From Camelus dromedarius (lineage: Eukaryota): a stretch of 64,000 nucleotides of DNA. The notes under the pieces were generated by a model that ran no database searches, had not been told where the DNA came from, and worked only from the letters and a program-made list of their open reading frames with translations. Position numbers and translations under genes: made by a program. Positions 35,036-60,224 of this stretch are shown piece by piece. Each line of letters begins with the position of its first letter. Position 1 is the stretch's first letter. The DNA lies in the NCBI RefSeq assembly GCF_036321535.1, contig NC_087438.1:248001-312000 (forward strand), read 5' to 3'.

Positions 35036-35991
35036 GACACGAGGTGGCAAGAACTCAAGCAGAGAATATCCCTGAGTCAGGATGACAATGGAAACAGTAA
35101 CACACAAGTGCCAGCTCAGTTCAAATACAGGACAGGTGGACAGAGGGACCACAGTGGAGTCTCCTGGCAAGAATGCCCGCACTCAAAAGGTGGAGGAGGC
35201 ACATGGCCCACTCCCTGGCCCAGAGGGGCCTCTCCATACGGACCCCAAGGAATTCGGAGATTCCAGGCCTTGCAGCACATTTGGTCCCCTGAGAGTCCGG
35301 CTCCTGTCCATCCGAGCACTCACCTGGATGGGTGAGTGCCCAGGGCTACTCCAGGCCACCGGAAGACTCCTGGGGAGTGAGGCCATGGAGGGGATGACTC
35401 CAGGCAATGACCCAGGGATGACCATGAAGGGATGACCCCAGGTGGGCCCACCCGTGGCGGGTGGAGACCCCTGAGGGCGAGGTCGTGGCGGGGCATTCTG
35501 GGGCAGAGAGAGGTCATGTGTGCAAACCCAGGGTGGGGGTATCCATGGTGGGGTGGAGACTCCTGGGAGGCGAGACACTCCCGGGGCGAGGTCGTGGGTG
35601 CAGAGCACGGATGGGCTGCCGTCACAGCGGCGTCTCCTCCTGCTCCAGCGCGTGCGGCGGCGCGTGGCACGACGGCTGCAGCGACGCGAGCTTGAGCAGT
35701 GCGGGGCGGCGGCGCGCGCGGGGCCGCTGGAACGAGCGCCGGCTGTGCACGCGCCGCGCTGCCGCCGACCGCGCGTGCGCGCCCATCAGCCCGCGGCGCT
35801 CTGGCCCCGCCGCCGGCTCGGGGTCGGACGGCGCGGCGGGGGCGGGGCTTCGGGCGGTGGGCGGCACCTGTGCGGTGCTGGGCGGGGCCGGTAAGGGGCT
35901 GGGCGGGGCTGGGCTTGGGGCACGCACGCGCGGGGGCTTCTCGGTGGCGGGTGGGGCCTCCCGTCCGGTCAGCGGGGCGTCCGAGCCAGTG

Positions 35992-49109
<13,118 letters not shown>

Positions 49110-52100
49110 TCAGGGGGCTGGGACCCCACGGTGGGGAGGAGGGGTCCAGGGGCCAGGACCCCATGGAAGAGGGGAGGGATGGGGGGCCGGGACCCCACAG
49201 GCGAGGGGAAGGGTTGGGGGACTGGCTGGCACCACAGGACATAGGCCTGGGAAGTGAGGCCCCACGTCTGGGTCTGTGGCCACCTCCCTCTGACTCCTAC
49301 TCATGTGGCCAAGAGGCCCTGCCAGTCCACCTGGCCCCAAGGATGTCTTCCTCAGACATCTCCGGCCTCCTGCTTAGAGAATGGCCCCCACTACCATGGG
49401 GAGGCCTCGTGATAAAGTCAGGCCAGAGGGAACTCATGCTTGAGGACGAAGGCCCAGGATGGGTGGCCAGGGCCCCAGGCCCCCAGGTCTCGGTGACCCA
49501 CTCAGGCCTCGTCCCTTGTGTCACATCTGGTGACTGAGGCCATCACTCTGCTCAAAGCCCAGTTATGTTTCCATCTTCCTTGGAGGGACCCCATGCAGGC
49601 TGTCCTCTCTGCCTGGCTCTCCCAGGGTCAGAGCCCCTCGAGAAGACAGCCTTGTAAGGCCAGGGTCTCCAGGGCTCCCCGACAGCACGTAGCCCTGCAG
49701 CCTGCATTCACACTATCAGGGCAGCGGGTCCGTAGAGGTCTCCCCACCAACGCCGGCCCCTTGGCTCCCTCAGTCCGTCAACCCTGCCAAGACCTGGAGG
49801 GAGGCCCATGCACAGACCACTGGGGCCATTTCTCCTTTGTTCTGTTTTAAGACTCAGGGAGAAAAGTGGCAAGAATCCTGTGTTAAGCCTGATTTCAAAA
49901 TAGTTGGAACGCTGACAGAGAGGTGGGCTTTCTAGCTGAAGCCACGTTTGAGGTAGTTCTCGTCTCCATTCACTGAAGTTCTTTTTATTGGGAGTCTTTG
50001 TGTTCTAAGGAGAGAGTCCTCGCGATGCCAGGACCCCAGAGCAGCAGGGAGGAAAGGGGCGCAGAGCACAGGGTGATACTGGGACCCGACAAGGTGTCTG
50101 ACCAGCGCCAACCCTGCCCCCAGCATCCCAGGGGACGAATCCCGGCTGGGCCTGACATTCTGATCCTGTAGCCCCACACCTGCTCCCTGGCCTGTGTCCT
50201 CGTCAGTAACCATGGGACATTTTGGGGGTTAGATGCCAGCTCTCAAGGGGGCTCCCTGAGGAAGGAGGGCCCACGTCATCGCTGTTCTTCCTGGGGACAG
50301 TCCTCTCTGAGTCAAAGATACAGTGTGATGGCCCAGGAGCAGTCAGGGTTCAGGGTAGAGGCAGGACGGGTTGACGCTCCCAGGACCCGAGGACCCACTG
50401 CAGTGTCTGCCCCCCGAGCCCGCAGGCTCCCGGCCTGAGCTGCACACCTGCTTTCCAGTCAAGGTCCTGCTTCTTCCTCGGTAAGTTTTCACACAGTCAG
50501 ATGCGGGCAGCATCTCTGCTTCCCCACATGCAGCTGCCCAGGAAGCCGGCACAGGGGACCCGCCTTCATGGAGAAACTCAGCGGCCAGGAGGCTAGTGCC
50601 TCAACATTGCCACGTGACTGACAGTTACCAAAGCGTGCTGCCCATGTGAAGCGTGGCCCCAGGAGGTGGTTCCGTGGAAGTCCTCAGGCCCTGCCCCGCT
50701 CATCAGCAGGAAGGCCTTTGGAGTGTGGCCCCACTGAGGTCCAGGGGCTCATGTGCCCTTGGAGGGGGGAGCCCAGCATGGCAGGGGCCCTGATGTGGGG
50801 AGAAAGGCAGGCCCCCAGCACACGACCCGAGAGCCCCGTCCTCAGCAGCACCTGCTTCCCCGGATCCGGGAGCCAGGGCCAGCTCCCAGAGAGGACATAG
50901 AGAGACACGTCTCTTCCCAGGACAGCAGCTCCTCTCCCCACCAAGGGCCACATGATGGGGGAGTCCGCCCAGGCTTTGGGAAGGGACCCAGAAGCCTGTG
51001 CCCCGCCCCAGTGTCCCAGTCCCAAGGATCGACGCCCCGATGGCCACGCACACAAGAAGCCCTGCAGGTCCCCGGCCCTGCTCCAGACACCAGACTCGGC
51101 AGGCCCTGAGCTGGCCCGGGAATGATCTGCACTGGACAGCTCTGCAGGCCCCTCGGGAGCTGTGCTGTGGGTGCTCCGTGGTGGACTTGGGCTCGGGACC
51201 CGCCCACTGTGTGGCACAGAGAGGCCTGGGGCACACGCCCCTCCATCCAAGCCCCCCTTGTTAACTAGTCAAGTCCGGAGACAGCGGGTTTGTCATTTTC
51301 TCTTCTTCCTGACGGGCTTGGTGTCCTGGAGCTCTTTTCTAAACAGAGCCAGTGCTCTCCGAAGGTGTCCCCTGTGTCCCTGTCCTTGCTGGGCCATGGG
51401 CAAGGGCGCACCTTTCTCTGGGGTGCAGGCAACGTCCTCTTCTGCCCACACAAACTCCCAGGCTGGCCTGAGCAAGCAGCTGGCCCTCGTCCCCATTCCC
51501 CAGTCGCTCTTTCCTGTGATCGGTGTGTCTTCTGCTGTTCTCCTGGTCCCCTTGGGCCCCAGCGGGGATCACATTCATGACCACCCGGCACCTGCTCCTC
51601 TTCCTACTCAGGGCCACGCGGCAGGTGCCTGTCCAGTGAGCTGAGGGAGGAGGCTGCTGCCTGCTGGTCTGGGGGCCTCCTTGGAGACGGAATCCGGTGA
51701 CCAGGACAAGGCCGATACCTCAGGTCACTGGGCCCAGGGCCAGGTGTGGGGAGTACGAGTGGCTGCTGACCCCTGGCCAGCCCCCCACAGGGCGGCAGGG
51801 GGGACAGCCCAGGGGTGGCTTCTAGTCCTGGGGCTTGTGTTTGGTCTTTCGCCAGATTGCTTCTCAAATGAGAGGTTCACAGTGGGTCCTCTGGTCACTG
51901 TGGGTTAGCCTGTGAGCTGCAGGGCGGTGGGCAGGACGGCGCTGGGGAGCCAGGGGGCCCTTGGGAACAGCACTCTGCCCCTCAGGAAGCCGGAGTCCTC
52001 GCTGACCCCCTGCCTGATCCTCTACCGCATTCCTGTAAGGCAGCCGGTTACTGGAAAACCTTATTAATTTGGAAAACGGGAGAATAAGAAGCTGACTTCA

Positions 52101-54984
52101 GGCCAGATGCCCTCATTTGGAAATAAGCCCTGAAAACCCACAGAATAAAGTAACTTGAACTTTTTCCCCATTGAGAACTATATATACACAAACGCAGCGC
52201 GGCTGGGCAGACGGCATCACGCGATGCTGGACACACCTCTGTGTAGGTGGTGCCCGCAGGCGGGCGGGGGGCCGCTCGGGGCGCTCCCCTGTGTCCTGCG
52301 CGGGCGCGCCCATCACCCGGCCCCCAGCCCCCAGGGAGGGCAGCCATCCCAGGCCGGTGGGAGCAGCCTCCCCGTGGAGTTAGTCTGACTTTCACCTTGC
52401 CTGAGGTCGGAGCGTCTTTTCCCACTCGGAGGACGTTTCTCCCTCTTCTGTGGACCGCGTCTCGGTGGCCTTGGCTGCCTGCGTCGCCAGGTTATCTCGC
52501 CCTTTCCCGCCAACAGACTCTTCACGCGCTGGTGCAGGCGCAGCCCCACTGTCACTTTCTTCTTGCTTTGCTTATGAAGACACCTGTGTAGGTAACTTCG
52601 TTGCTCTTTTGTCCTGTGGCTTCTGAGTTTTGTGTTGTGCTTGAAACAGCCATTCTCACGCCCACATTTTCTGCTAAACTTTTGACGTTCAATTAACTTT
52701 ACTTGAATTTAGCAAAGAAAATATTTAAAAATAGTCCTGAAGCGAAAGACCTGCCTGACTCTGGAGAGAGGCTCCCTGAACAGGTGCTGTTCCCGAAGCC
52801 CCAGAGTGAGTGCTGGGCCCCCCACCGCGTCCCCGCGGTGTCAGAGGTGCTGTGGCCCCCCCCCGCCCGCACAGCCCCTCCCGTGCGGTCCCCCCTCGGG
52901 CCGGTCGTCCTCCCACGTTGGCGGTGTCTGCCCGGCTGGTCCCTGGACCCCCCAGACCTGGAGGAAAGGTCAGACCAGCCTGGCTTTTTCTTAGTTTCTC
53001 CCATGCGGTCACTTGTTTGCTCGCTCCTCTGTCCGGTGGCCAGAAGACATTTTTCTGTCTCTGAGGACATCCGTGAAGCAAGGGTGTGTCTTCGCACTGA
53101 GTCTCCTCTGCTCTTACGCTGGGCTGCTGTCAGCTGGGCGACTGGTTACTGGCTTGTCTTTCTGGTTTGGGGGAGGGGTCCGTCGGTTCTCCGTCTTCCC
53201 CCAGAGTGCTGGGGTCACTGCTTGACGGGGATTTTTCCTGAGCCGCCCCGCCAGCCTGGGACTGGTCAGGCCTGCGGGCAGCGCTCCCCTGCTCCCTCCC
53301 GTGACCCCCATTCAGACGGCAGTCCGCATTGTAATGAGCTAATTAAATTGAAGACTCGATTGATTTTAAATGGCAATTTGCTACTGGTTCACCCATTAAG
53401 TGCGTAATGGGCATTTCAGGGGTCCGAGGGCCACAGGGGCTTGCGCCACTGCCTTGGGCCTTTCGCCTGTTGGAGCCAGTCAGGCCGAGTGCCTGCAGTC
53501 CAGACCCTTCCTTCCCCTGGCCTGCGCATTATTAGGATGGGATGGTCCCACGCAGCCACAGGTCATGTGAAACTCTGCCCAATGACAGGTGGGGACAGCA
53601 GGCAGCAGCCAAAGCATCCACTCTGGGCCCCGCATCCAAGCCCTCCGTCCGTGCCCACAACCCCAGGGACGAAAGGTGTCTGGGAGACCCTGGGAGGCTG
53701 CTCCTCTGGGGCAGCACACGGTGAGGGGGTGGGTGGTGGGAGTTGGGGTGTGAAAGGTGCTGAGGGGCAGCAGGCTGTCCACCCCACTCCTCACCACAGT
53801 CCCCCAGTGCCTCGGTCCACGCTGACGGTCCCACCCTCCCTCCCACTCTCCGCTTTCTTTACCTCCAAAGAGAGAAGGGCCCACAGAACAAGTTGGAGCC
53901 ATAACTTCAGCACCTCGGGCCCCACAGCTCTGGGGCCTCTGCATCTGGCTTGACCCAGAGCCTGGGCCACGATCACAGAAGGGCCGTGTCCAAGGCCATG
54001 TGTAGGGGGAGCTCCCTACAGCCACAGGGTGGCTGTGACCTTGGGAAGTGTGTGGCGGCCTTTCCCATCAGGATTCTAAGCCCTTAGGCTGAAAGGGCAG
54101 AGGACGCCTGAGACCATGAGGGAGCCATGTGCGTGTGTGTGGAGGCCAGCGCCCAACCATGTGTGCACCCAGGTGCCCGTCCAGGTTGCCCGATCAGACC
54201 CAGATGCGCAGGGATACTCTCGGGCAGCAGCTTCCGGGAGACTCTGACTTGACAAATATTTGAGGTGTTGACGTGGGCAGGACATGTGACCCAGGCTCCC
54301 GGGACCCACCAGACGGGGCGATAGCAGCCGCAGGAGATGGGTGGGAGCCTTCGTGGAGGATGGAATCCCGGTGCCTTGATGGCACAGGCCCCGAGGAGCC
54401 AGGTGAGGCCGGCCCAGAGCTGCCCGCTCAGCTGGGCCTCCCAACGGGGAACATTGCTGCGGCTTCTAAGCCCGCAGGTCACTGATGACCGAGTCTGGAG
54501 AGTCACAGCTAATTAAGCACAGACGCACAGCTCAGGACGGTAACGGCAGGAAACACACGCTTTTACTTCTAATTACAAACCCTACGACCGGTGGTAAAGG
54601 TCGCGAGCGCCGTCTGGCCCGCCAGCCACTTCTAGAGTGGGTCCCAGCAGAGCGGGTGTGGGGGACCCGGGAAGGTCACCACTGATGGTCGTCACTCCCC
54701 CTCGGAACGCAGCCAGGGATCTGGGCTTGGCGTCAGGCCCTGCGTGGCCACTGCCACCCCCAGGACCTCTTGGCGAGATCCGGCTGAGTCCACGCGAGTG
54801 CAGCAGCACAGTAAATCCCCTGGTTTTACTTTAACAGGTTCGAGGCTTGGACACCAAAGCCTGCTGACAAAATAGACAGGCAAACAGTAAAAACCCTCCA
54901 GGTGGAAGAGTGGGAAGTGCAGGGACCCACCTTGCTCAGGAGGATAAGTGGGTCAGAGTTGGACCTGAAACGTCACACACTCAG

Positions 54985-55082
54985 GAGCAAAGACACCCAG
55001 ACACATAGACATGCACACACAGACCCACAGACACAGACACACACGGAGACACACAACAGACACAGACATACAGACACACACC
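54985..55082 (+). repeat. (CA/CAGACA)n degenerate microsatellite
   Basis: Directly visible. Confidence 0.9.
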
Positions 55083-56199
55083 CACCCTGGTCCAGCCCTA
55101 ACTCTCCAGCACTCTCTGCAGCTGCAGTGTCGGGTCCCCTCAGCCCCACCCCCACAAGGAGAGGGGCAGGCCCCTCACTCCGGGTTCCATGTCAGTGGCT
55201 GAGCTCACCCAGCACCCTGTGGGGACTTGCAGTAAACGTGTCAGCCTCTGAGCCTGGGGCGGAAGGTGAAGATATTTATAGTTTCTGAAAACACTGTCTA
55301 CTGTCTACTGTCCCCACACCTCCTGCCTGCAACGGTGTTCTGGATCCATGCCCTGAGGTTCCTGTCAGATGGGCAAGGCCCTGGCCTCTCCCTGGGGAGG
55401 GCTGTGCTGGGAGCCCCGCTCCCTGGAAGTGGCTGCATCCTGCCCCACAGAGTGATGCAGCCTTTCAGGACCGGCCCGCCTGCTCCCAACCACAGAATGC
55501 TTTAAACATTGCATGTTTCTAAAACTCAAGCGAACTGTCAATTTTTAAATTAAGAAGTGAACGTTGTTAGTGGATTCCTAGGGAAGTGGCAGATTCTTCA
55601 ACTCTGAACCATCATGAACAGCAGACATGACATGAGGACAGAGAACGGCTCAGCCCCTGCAGGACAGAGGCTCAGAGGAGCACTGTTACTTAAAGTACAG
55701 TCCTCATTCTGTGTTCAGAGGTGTCCGCCCAGATGCCAGCCCTTGTAGGGCAGGTCGCATACAATTATATACATTAATGATAATGACTACTAAATGCTGT
55801 CGAGTGAAGCCAGGAGTGAGTGGTGTGGCCCTGAGCACCAGCTGGGTCTACAGCTGCGGCCTCGCTCTGCATGAAGCGTCCTTCTCCGCAAGCGACTTTT
55901 CCTCCAACCTTCTGTGTCTGTCTGCTCCTAAGTGTGCCACATACAAAGGACTTCATGTTTTAACTTTTGCTTTCTTACCATTTCATGTTTGACTCTACCT
56001 CAAAGATTAGGGTACTGCTGGGTAGACCAGCCATCAACAGCTGTCCAGCCAACTGTCGCTTGGGTATAACAGCCATGAACTCTGGAAAAGCATGTGCAAC
56101 AAGCACAACACTGAGGAAAGACCAAACGGAGGCAGAAGCCAGAGGGTAGGCCTCAGCCAGGGCCATGCCGAGTAGCCAAAACCAGATAGAAACCTGCAA

Positions 56200-57250
56200 T
56201 CTTACTGGATTACAAAATCAGAGGCTGGGGGTCAGAGCGACCACAGTAGCCGAAAAGAGAGGGGGCAAATCCCAGAAAGGAAAGCGCCTGAGAGGCTGAA
56301 CCCCAAATTCTGTGTACGGACTCCTCTAAATGTCTGGCTGATCCTTGAATTACACGTTAGAGAGGCAGGCCCCAAACTGTTAACAGAAGCTAAAAGTCCA
56401 GAGGTTTTGGCTGCTGTCACCACACGAGACAGATTTTTGGAGTTTCAGTCCAGTCCTGGCAAAACCACAATATAACAACAACTACAAAAATCATAGAACA
56501 GAATGCAGAGTCTCTACGATGTATACACCACAACATCCTGGAAACAACCTACAATGACCAGACCCACAAAGAAACAGGAAAATGGCATCCATAAACCAGT
56601 GGTGACCTCAAGATGACCCAGATGCTGGAATTAGCAGGTAAAGATTTAAAAACAGCTATTATAACTATGCTCAAGGATGTAAAGGAAAATATGATTGTAA
56701 TGAATAAACAAATAGTAAACCTCAGCAGTGGAAGAGAACAGTAGTTAGCAATTTTTTTCCTCAAAGAGCCAGGCAATAAGTCATTTAGGCTTGTGGGCTA
56801 TTCAGTCTGCTTTTCAATTGCTCAGCTCTGCCACTATAGCACAAAATCAGTCATAACCTATATAAACAGATGGATACCACTGTGTTCCAATAAAACTTTA
56901 TGTACAAAAACAGGTAGCCAGCCCGTGGGCAGAGTCTGCTGACCCCTGAAATAGAAGACATCTAGAAGAACCAAACTGGAATTCTAGAATCAAAGGATTC
57001 AGTATCTGATAGGTAGCTGACAGCAGACGGAGATAGACCAGTAGAAGTTACCCAACCTGCAGAACAAAGGTAGAAAGTGAACAGAGCCCCAGTGGCTGCG
57101 GGACAATCACAAAACTCCAATAAGAGTGTAATGGGAGCCCCAGGGAGAGGAGAGGAAAGGCGGGGCAGGAAAATCTGGAGAAACAGTGACAAAAACCTCC
57201 CTAATTTGGTGAAAGATATATGCTCATGGACTTGGGAAGCACTTCAGAGT
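56200..57250 (+). mobile_element. Old L1 5'/ORF1 fragment, interrupted by MER58
   Basis: gatgacccagatgctggaattagcaggtaaagatttaaaacagctattataactatgctcaagga is typical of L1M ORF1; A-rich. Confidence 0.7.
56739..56948 (+). mobile_element. MER58A-like hAT-Charlie MITE
   Basis: CAG...ttagcaa / ctgctgacccCTG termini; internal ctcagctctgccactatagc and tgtgttccaataaaacttta; degenerate 8-bp flanks gaagagaa / aaatagaa. Confidence 0.8.
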
Positions 57251-57857
57251 AGACGGTTTCTGTTGATCCATCTTGAAGTGAAGCCGTAACAGGTGTGAGA
57301 AAAGCTGAGGGTCCTGGGCTGGTGCGTGTGTGTGGGGGAGGGGCCTGAAAGCAGCAGGTCCGAGGTGAGGTGGGCACCCCAGCTTGGGGGTGAGGTGAGC
57401 TGGGCGCGGCTGGGGCTGGGGCTGGGCCAGGACCTCCGAAGGGGGAGGGCAGAGGGCCACCCCAGCCCAGCCCCAAGCAGGGCTCCGCGGCAGAGGCCAA
57501 GGCACAGGGGGTTCAAGCTGACTGTGTCGATTTAATGACATGCAGGGTGTGACTGCTGAAGGCGGCTGGGAATCGGGCCGCTGAGACCTTCTTTCACAGA
57601 ATAATTCATTGACCTTGAGCTGTGATGGGGTCGCTGGCTCAAAGAGCAAAGGCAGTAGAAGTAAGGCGTCGGCATCAGAATCCCAGACCCCAGCGCCAGC
57701 ACCACGCTGACGCCCTGTCTCTGCAGTGGACGTAAAAGGGCCACAGGATGGCATGTACTCAGTGACTCTGCTTTTACAGAATGAGGAAGCCGAGGGCCGG
57801 TGGCCCCAGGGGTTGGACAACCTGAAAAGGCATTCTTCGACGTTTAGTCTCAAGAAC

Positions 57858-57955
57858 GGGGGAGGGCATAGCTCAAGTGGCAGAGCACGTGCTTAGCTTA
57901 CACAGGGTCCTGGGTTCAATCCCAGCACCTCCTCTAAAATAAATAAATAAGTAAA
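57858..57955 (+). mobile_element. tRNA-derived SINE (camelid Vic-1 type)
   Basis: A box TAGCTCAAGTGG, B box GGTTCAATCCC, (TAAA)n tail, perfect 10-bp TSD TCTCAAGAAC at 57848-57857 and 57956-57965. Confidence 0.9.
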
Positions 57956-58502
57956 TCTCAAGAACAGAAAAAGTTAATCACATCATAGGGAGTGGTGGGA
58001 GGAGAAAAGCCTTGACCTCAGCGGGGTGGGTGGTCAGCTGGAGGTTTGGAGGCTGAGTGATCAAATGCACCATGGAATCCGCCGAGGCGAGGATACAGGA
58101 CACTTCACTTTGGGGTGGGTTTGGGGAATGCCTGCAGGGAGCAAGGTTACAGCTTACTGACCTTCACACCTTCATGCGAAAAATTCCAGCAAGACCATTT
58201 TCTCTGAATTTTCATTTATCTTTTGTGCTGATAAAATGTGTGGGCAATGTCCCAAGGTGTCATAAACCACACCTGGCACTCACGTGGCTGCCGGGACACC
58301 ACTTCACTGCTATCAGGGCACTCCCAGCACAGTCCCCTGAAACCAGGACTTTGTCACAGGCCACCACCCAGACACAGAGCAGCAGGGAGCATGGGGACCA
58401 CTGATTTCTGATAGGAGGCGGCCCTGCAAGAGAACCACAGGCTCCTCAAGGGGGGCGGTCATCCGAGGAGCCCGCTCAGGCGCCAGGTCTCGAGGCCAGC
58501 TG

Positions 58503-58582
58503 GGCCGAGGTGTGTCAGCCGTGAGACTAGCCAGGCCGAGGTACGTCAGCCATGAGACTAGCCAGGCCGAGGTGTGTCAGCC
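58503..58582 (+). repeat. 31-bp tandem repeat, about 2.5 copies (GGCCGAGGTGTGTCAGCCGTGAGACTAGCCA)
   Basis: Directly visible. Confidence 0.9.
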
Positions 58583-59269
58583 ACCCCTGGGCGCAAAGGC
58601 ACAGACAACACCCCTCCGGGGACATCGTTCGTTTGCCCCCATCGCGGGAGGCTCAGGGCCGAGGGCAGGAGCTGCCCCCCAGGCCCCCTTGCTGGGCCCT
58701 GGGCCGGGGCGGCCCTCGGACCAGCACCTGTCAAAAGGCCAAGGGTGACGGTTCCTGCACATCTGAGGCCTCTGTTCTGAGGAAGCTGCTCCCTGGCCAG
58801 TTATTGTTTCACCCCTTTGAGATTTGGTTTCCTCATCGTGAGATGACAGCTTAGGCCCTGCTGGGCTGCTGCAAAGAGGAAATCAGATTCCTGCAGGGGA
58901 GGTGGGTCAAGTGCTTCCTCCAAGGCCCGATGCAAACAACAGGGGATTGGTGTCATTTATTTTCTTTATTTTTGGTTTTCTGGCGGGGCCAACAGGAAGT
59001 GGGGGTCTGGAGACACTGGCATCCTGGCCTCCCCACCCCGATAGCCCACACGCTCCCCGCCGGGCACCGTGCCGTCCAGCTCCCATGTGCGTGGCCCCAG
59101 CCCCTCCGGCCACTGGGGGCAGAGGCAGTCTTGGGCCTAAACACCTGTGACCGAAGCAACACCTAAAGCAAGTGACGGAACGCCGCACGCAGGGAGGGCA
59201 GGCTTCAACACCACCGTGACGCACACTCAGTACAGGAGCTGCGTCCTTGACTAGAAGGTGCATACAGAG

Positions 59270-59550
59270 ATTTAGAGCCGCTCATTAAACGTGAGAAACT
59301 ACGACAGTAGAAGCTTAAAACTCAATGGGGACACTGGAAGATGAAGTTAAAGATGCTCTCAGAAGATGGAAGAAAAAGACAGAGACACAAAAGGCAGGAG
59401 AGAAAACTCAAGAGGAGAGAGGGTGGCCTGGGGACTCTCGGATGAGCGAGCGAGAGAGACAGGGACAGAGCCACCACGAACGTCTCCCGATGATGGACTT
59501 GCGTTTCCAGGGACAGAGCGCAGTGGGAGCAATGACGTCTACCTCAGTGC
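59270..59550 (+). mobile_element. Old L1 ORF1-like fragment
   Basis: A-rich; translates as GTLEDEVKDALRRWKKK, coiled-coil-like. Confidence 0.45.
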
Positions 59551-60224
59551 ACACCACTGCTGGGGGGAGGGCACCCCCAGCATGAATCCAGGGCTCACTG
59601 GGCTGCTCAGGACAGTCGATGTCACCCTCCACTGCGCAGCCAGTCCCTGAAGGAACAGGGGGAAGTCACGCTGGTGGAGAACGAGTCCACCAAGCAGAGG
59701 GCTCCGTGAGACAGAAGGCAAGGCCGGGCCACAGCGGCGGGCAGTGGGGCCGGGCAGCCAGTGCCGCGCTCGGCGGACGGGAGCTTTGGGGCCCAGCACC
59801 TCAGGACCAGGCGGGAAGGAGTGCGGGGACATGGAGCGTGGGGCCAGCATGGTGGCTGGCGGTGTTTGGGGCCAAGTTACTAGAGTGCGTCGAAAACAGC
59901 ACCAACATCTGGTAAACCGAGAGGTGGCTGGGGAGACGGAAGAGAGGCTCTTGCTGCTCCCTGGCTACGTGTGGTGAGAGCTGAAATCTGAAATCTTGGT
60001 GGAAACCCCAGAACCTAGAGAGCAAGCGTGTGGGGCAGGGCAGGGCAGGTCTTCGTGTCTTCTCCCGCTTCCGGGAAGCTCACATCACACCTTGCCCAAC
60101 ACATGTCAGGGCAGGTCCCGGCCAAGAGGGCCTGAAATGCCCAGCACTTATCAGCGAAGCCAGGAGCCTCTGGGCCCACACACTGGCCTCGCTGGGCAGG
60201 GAGAGGCAGGAACCTTGGTCCCCA

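Larger units (their letters stand above)
33165..35991 (-). other. SLC9A3: SLC9A3 3'UTR (exon 17, end approximate)
   Basis: From the exon-17 stop to the candidate ATTAAA. Confidence 0.55.

Noticed and set aside
57858..57935. Possible tRNA gene
   Set aside because: Has A and B boxes, but also an A-rich tail and a TSD, so it is a SINE.
58503..58582. CRISPR-like repeat array
   Set aside because: Head-to-tail tandem copies with no unique spacers, in mammalian DNA. The same applies to 37-205.
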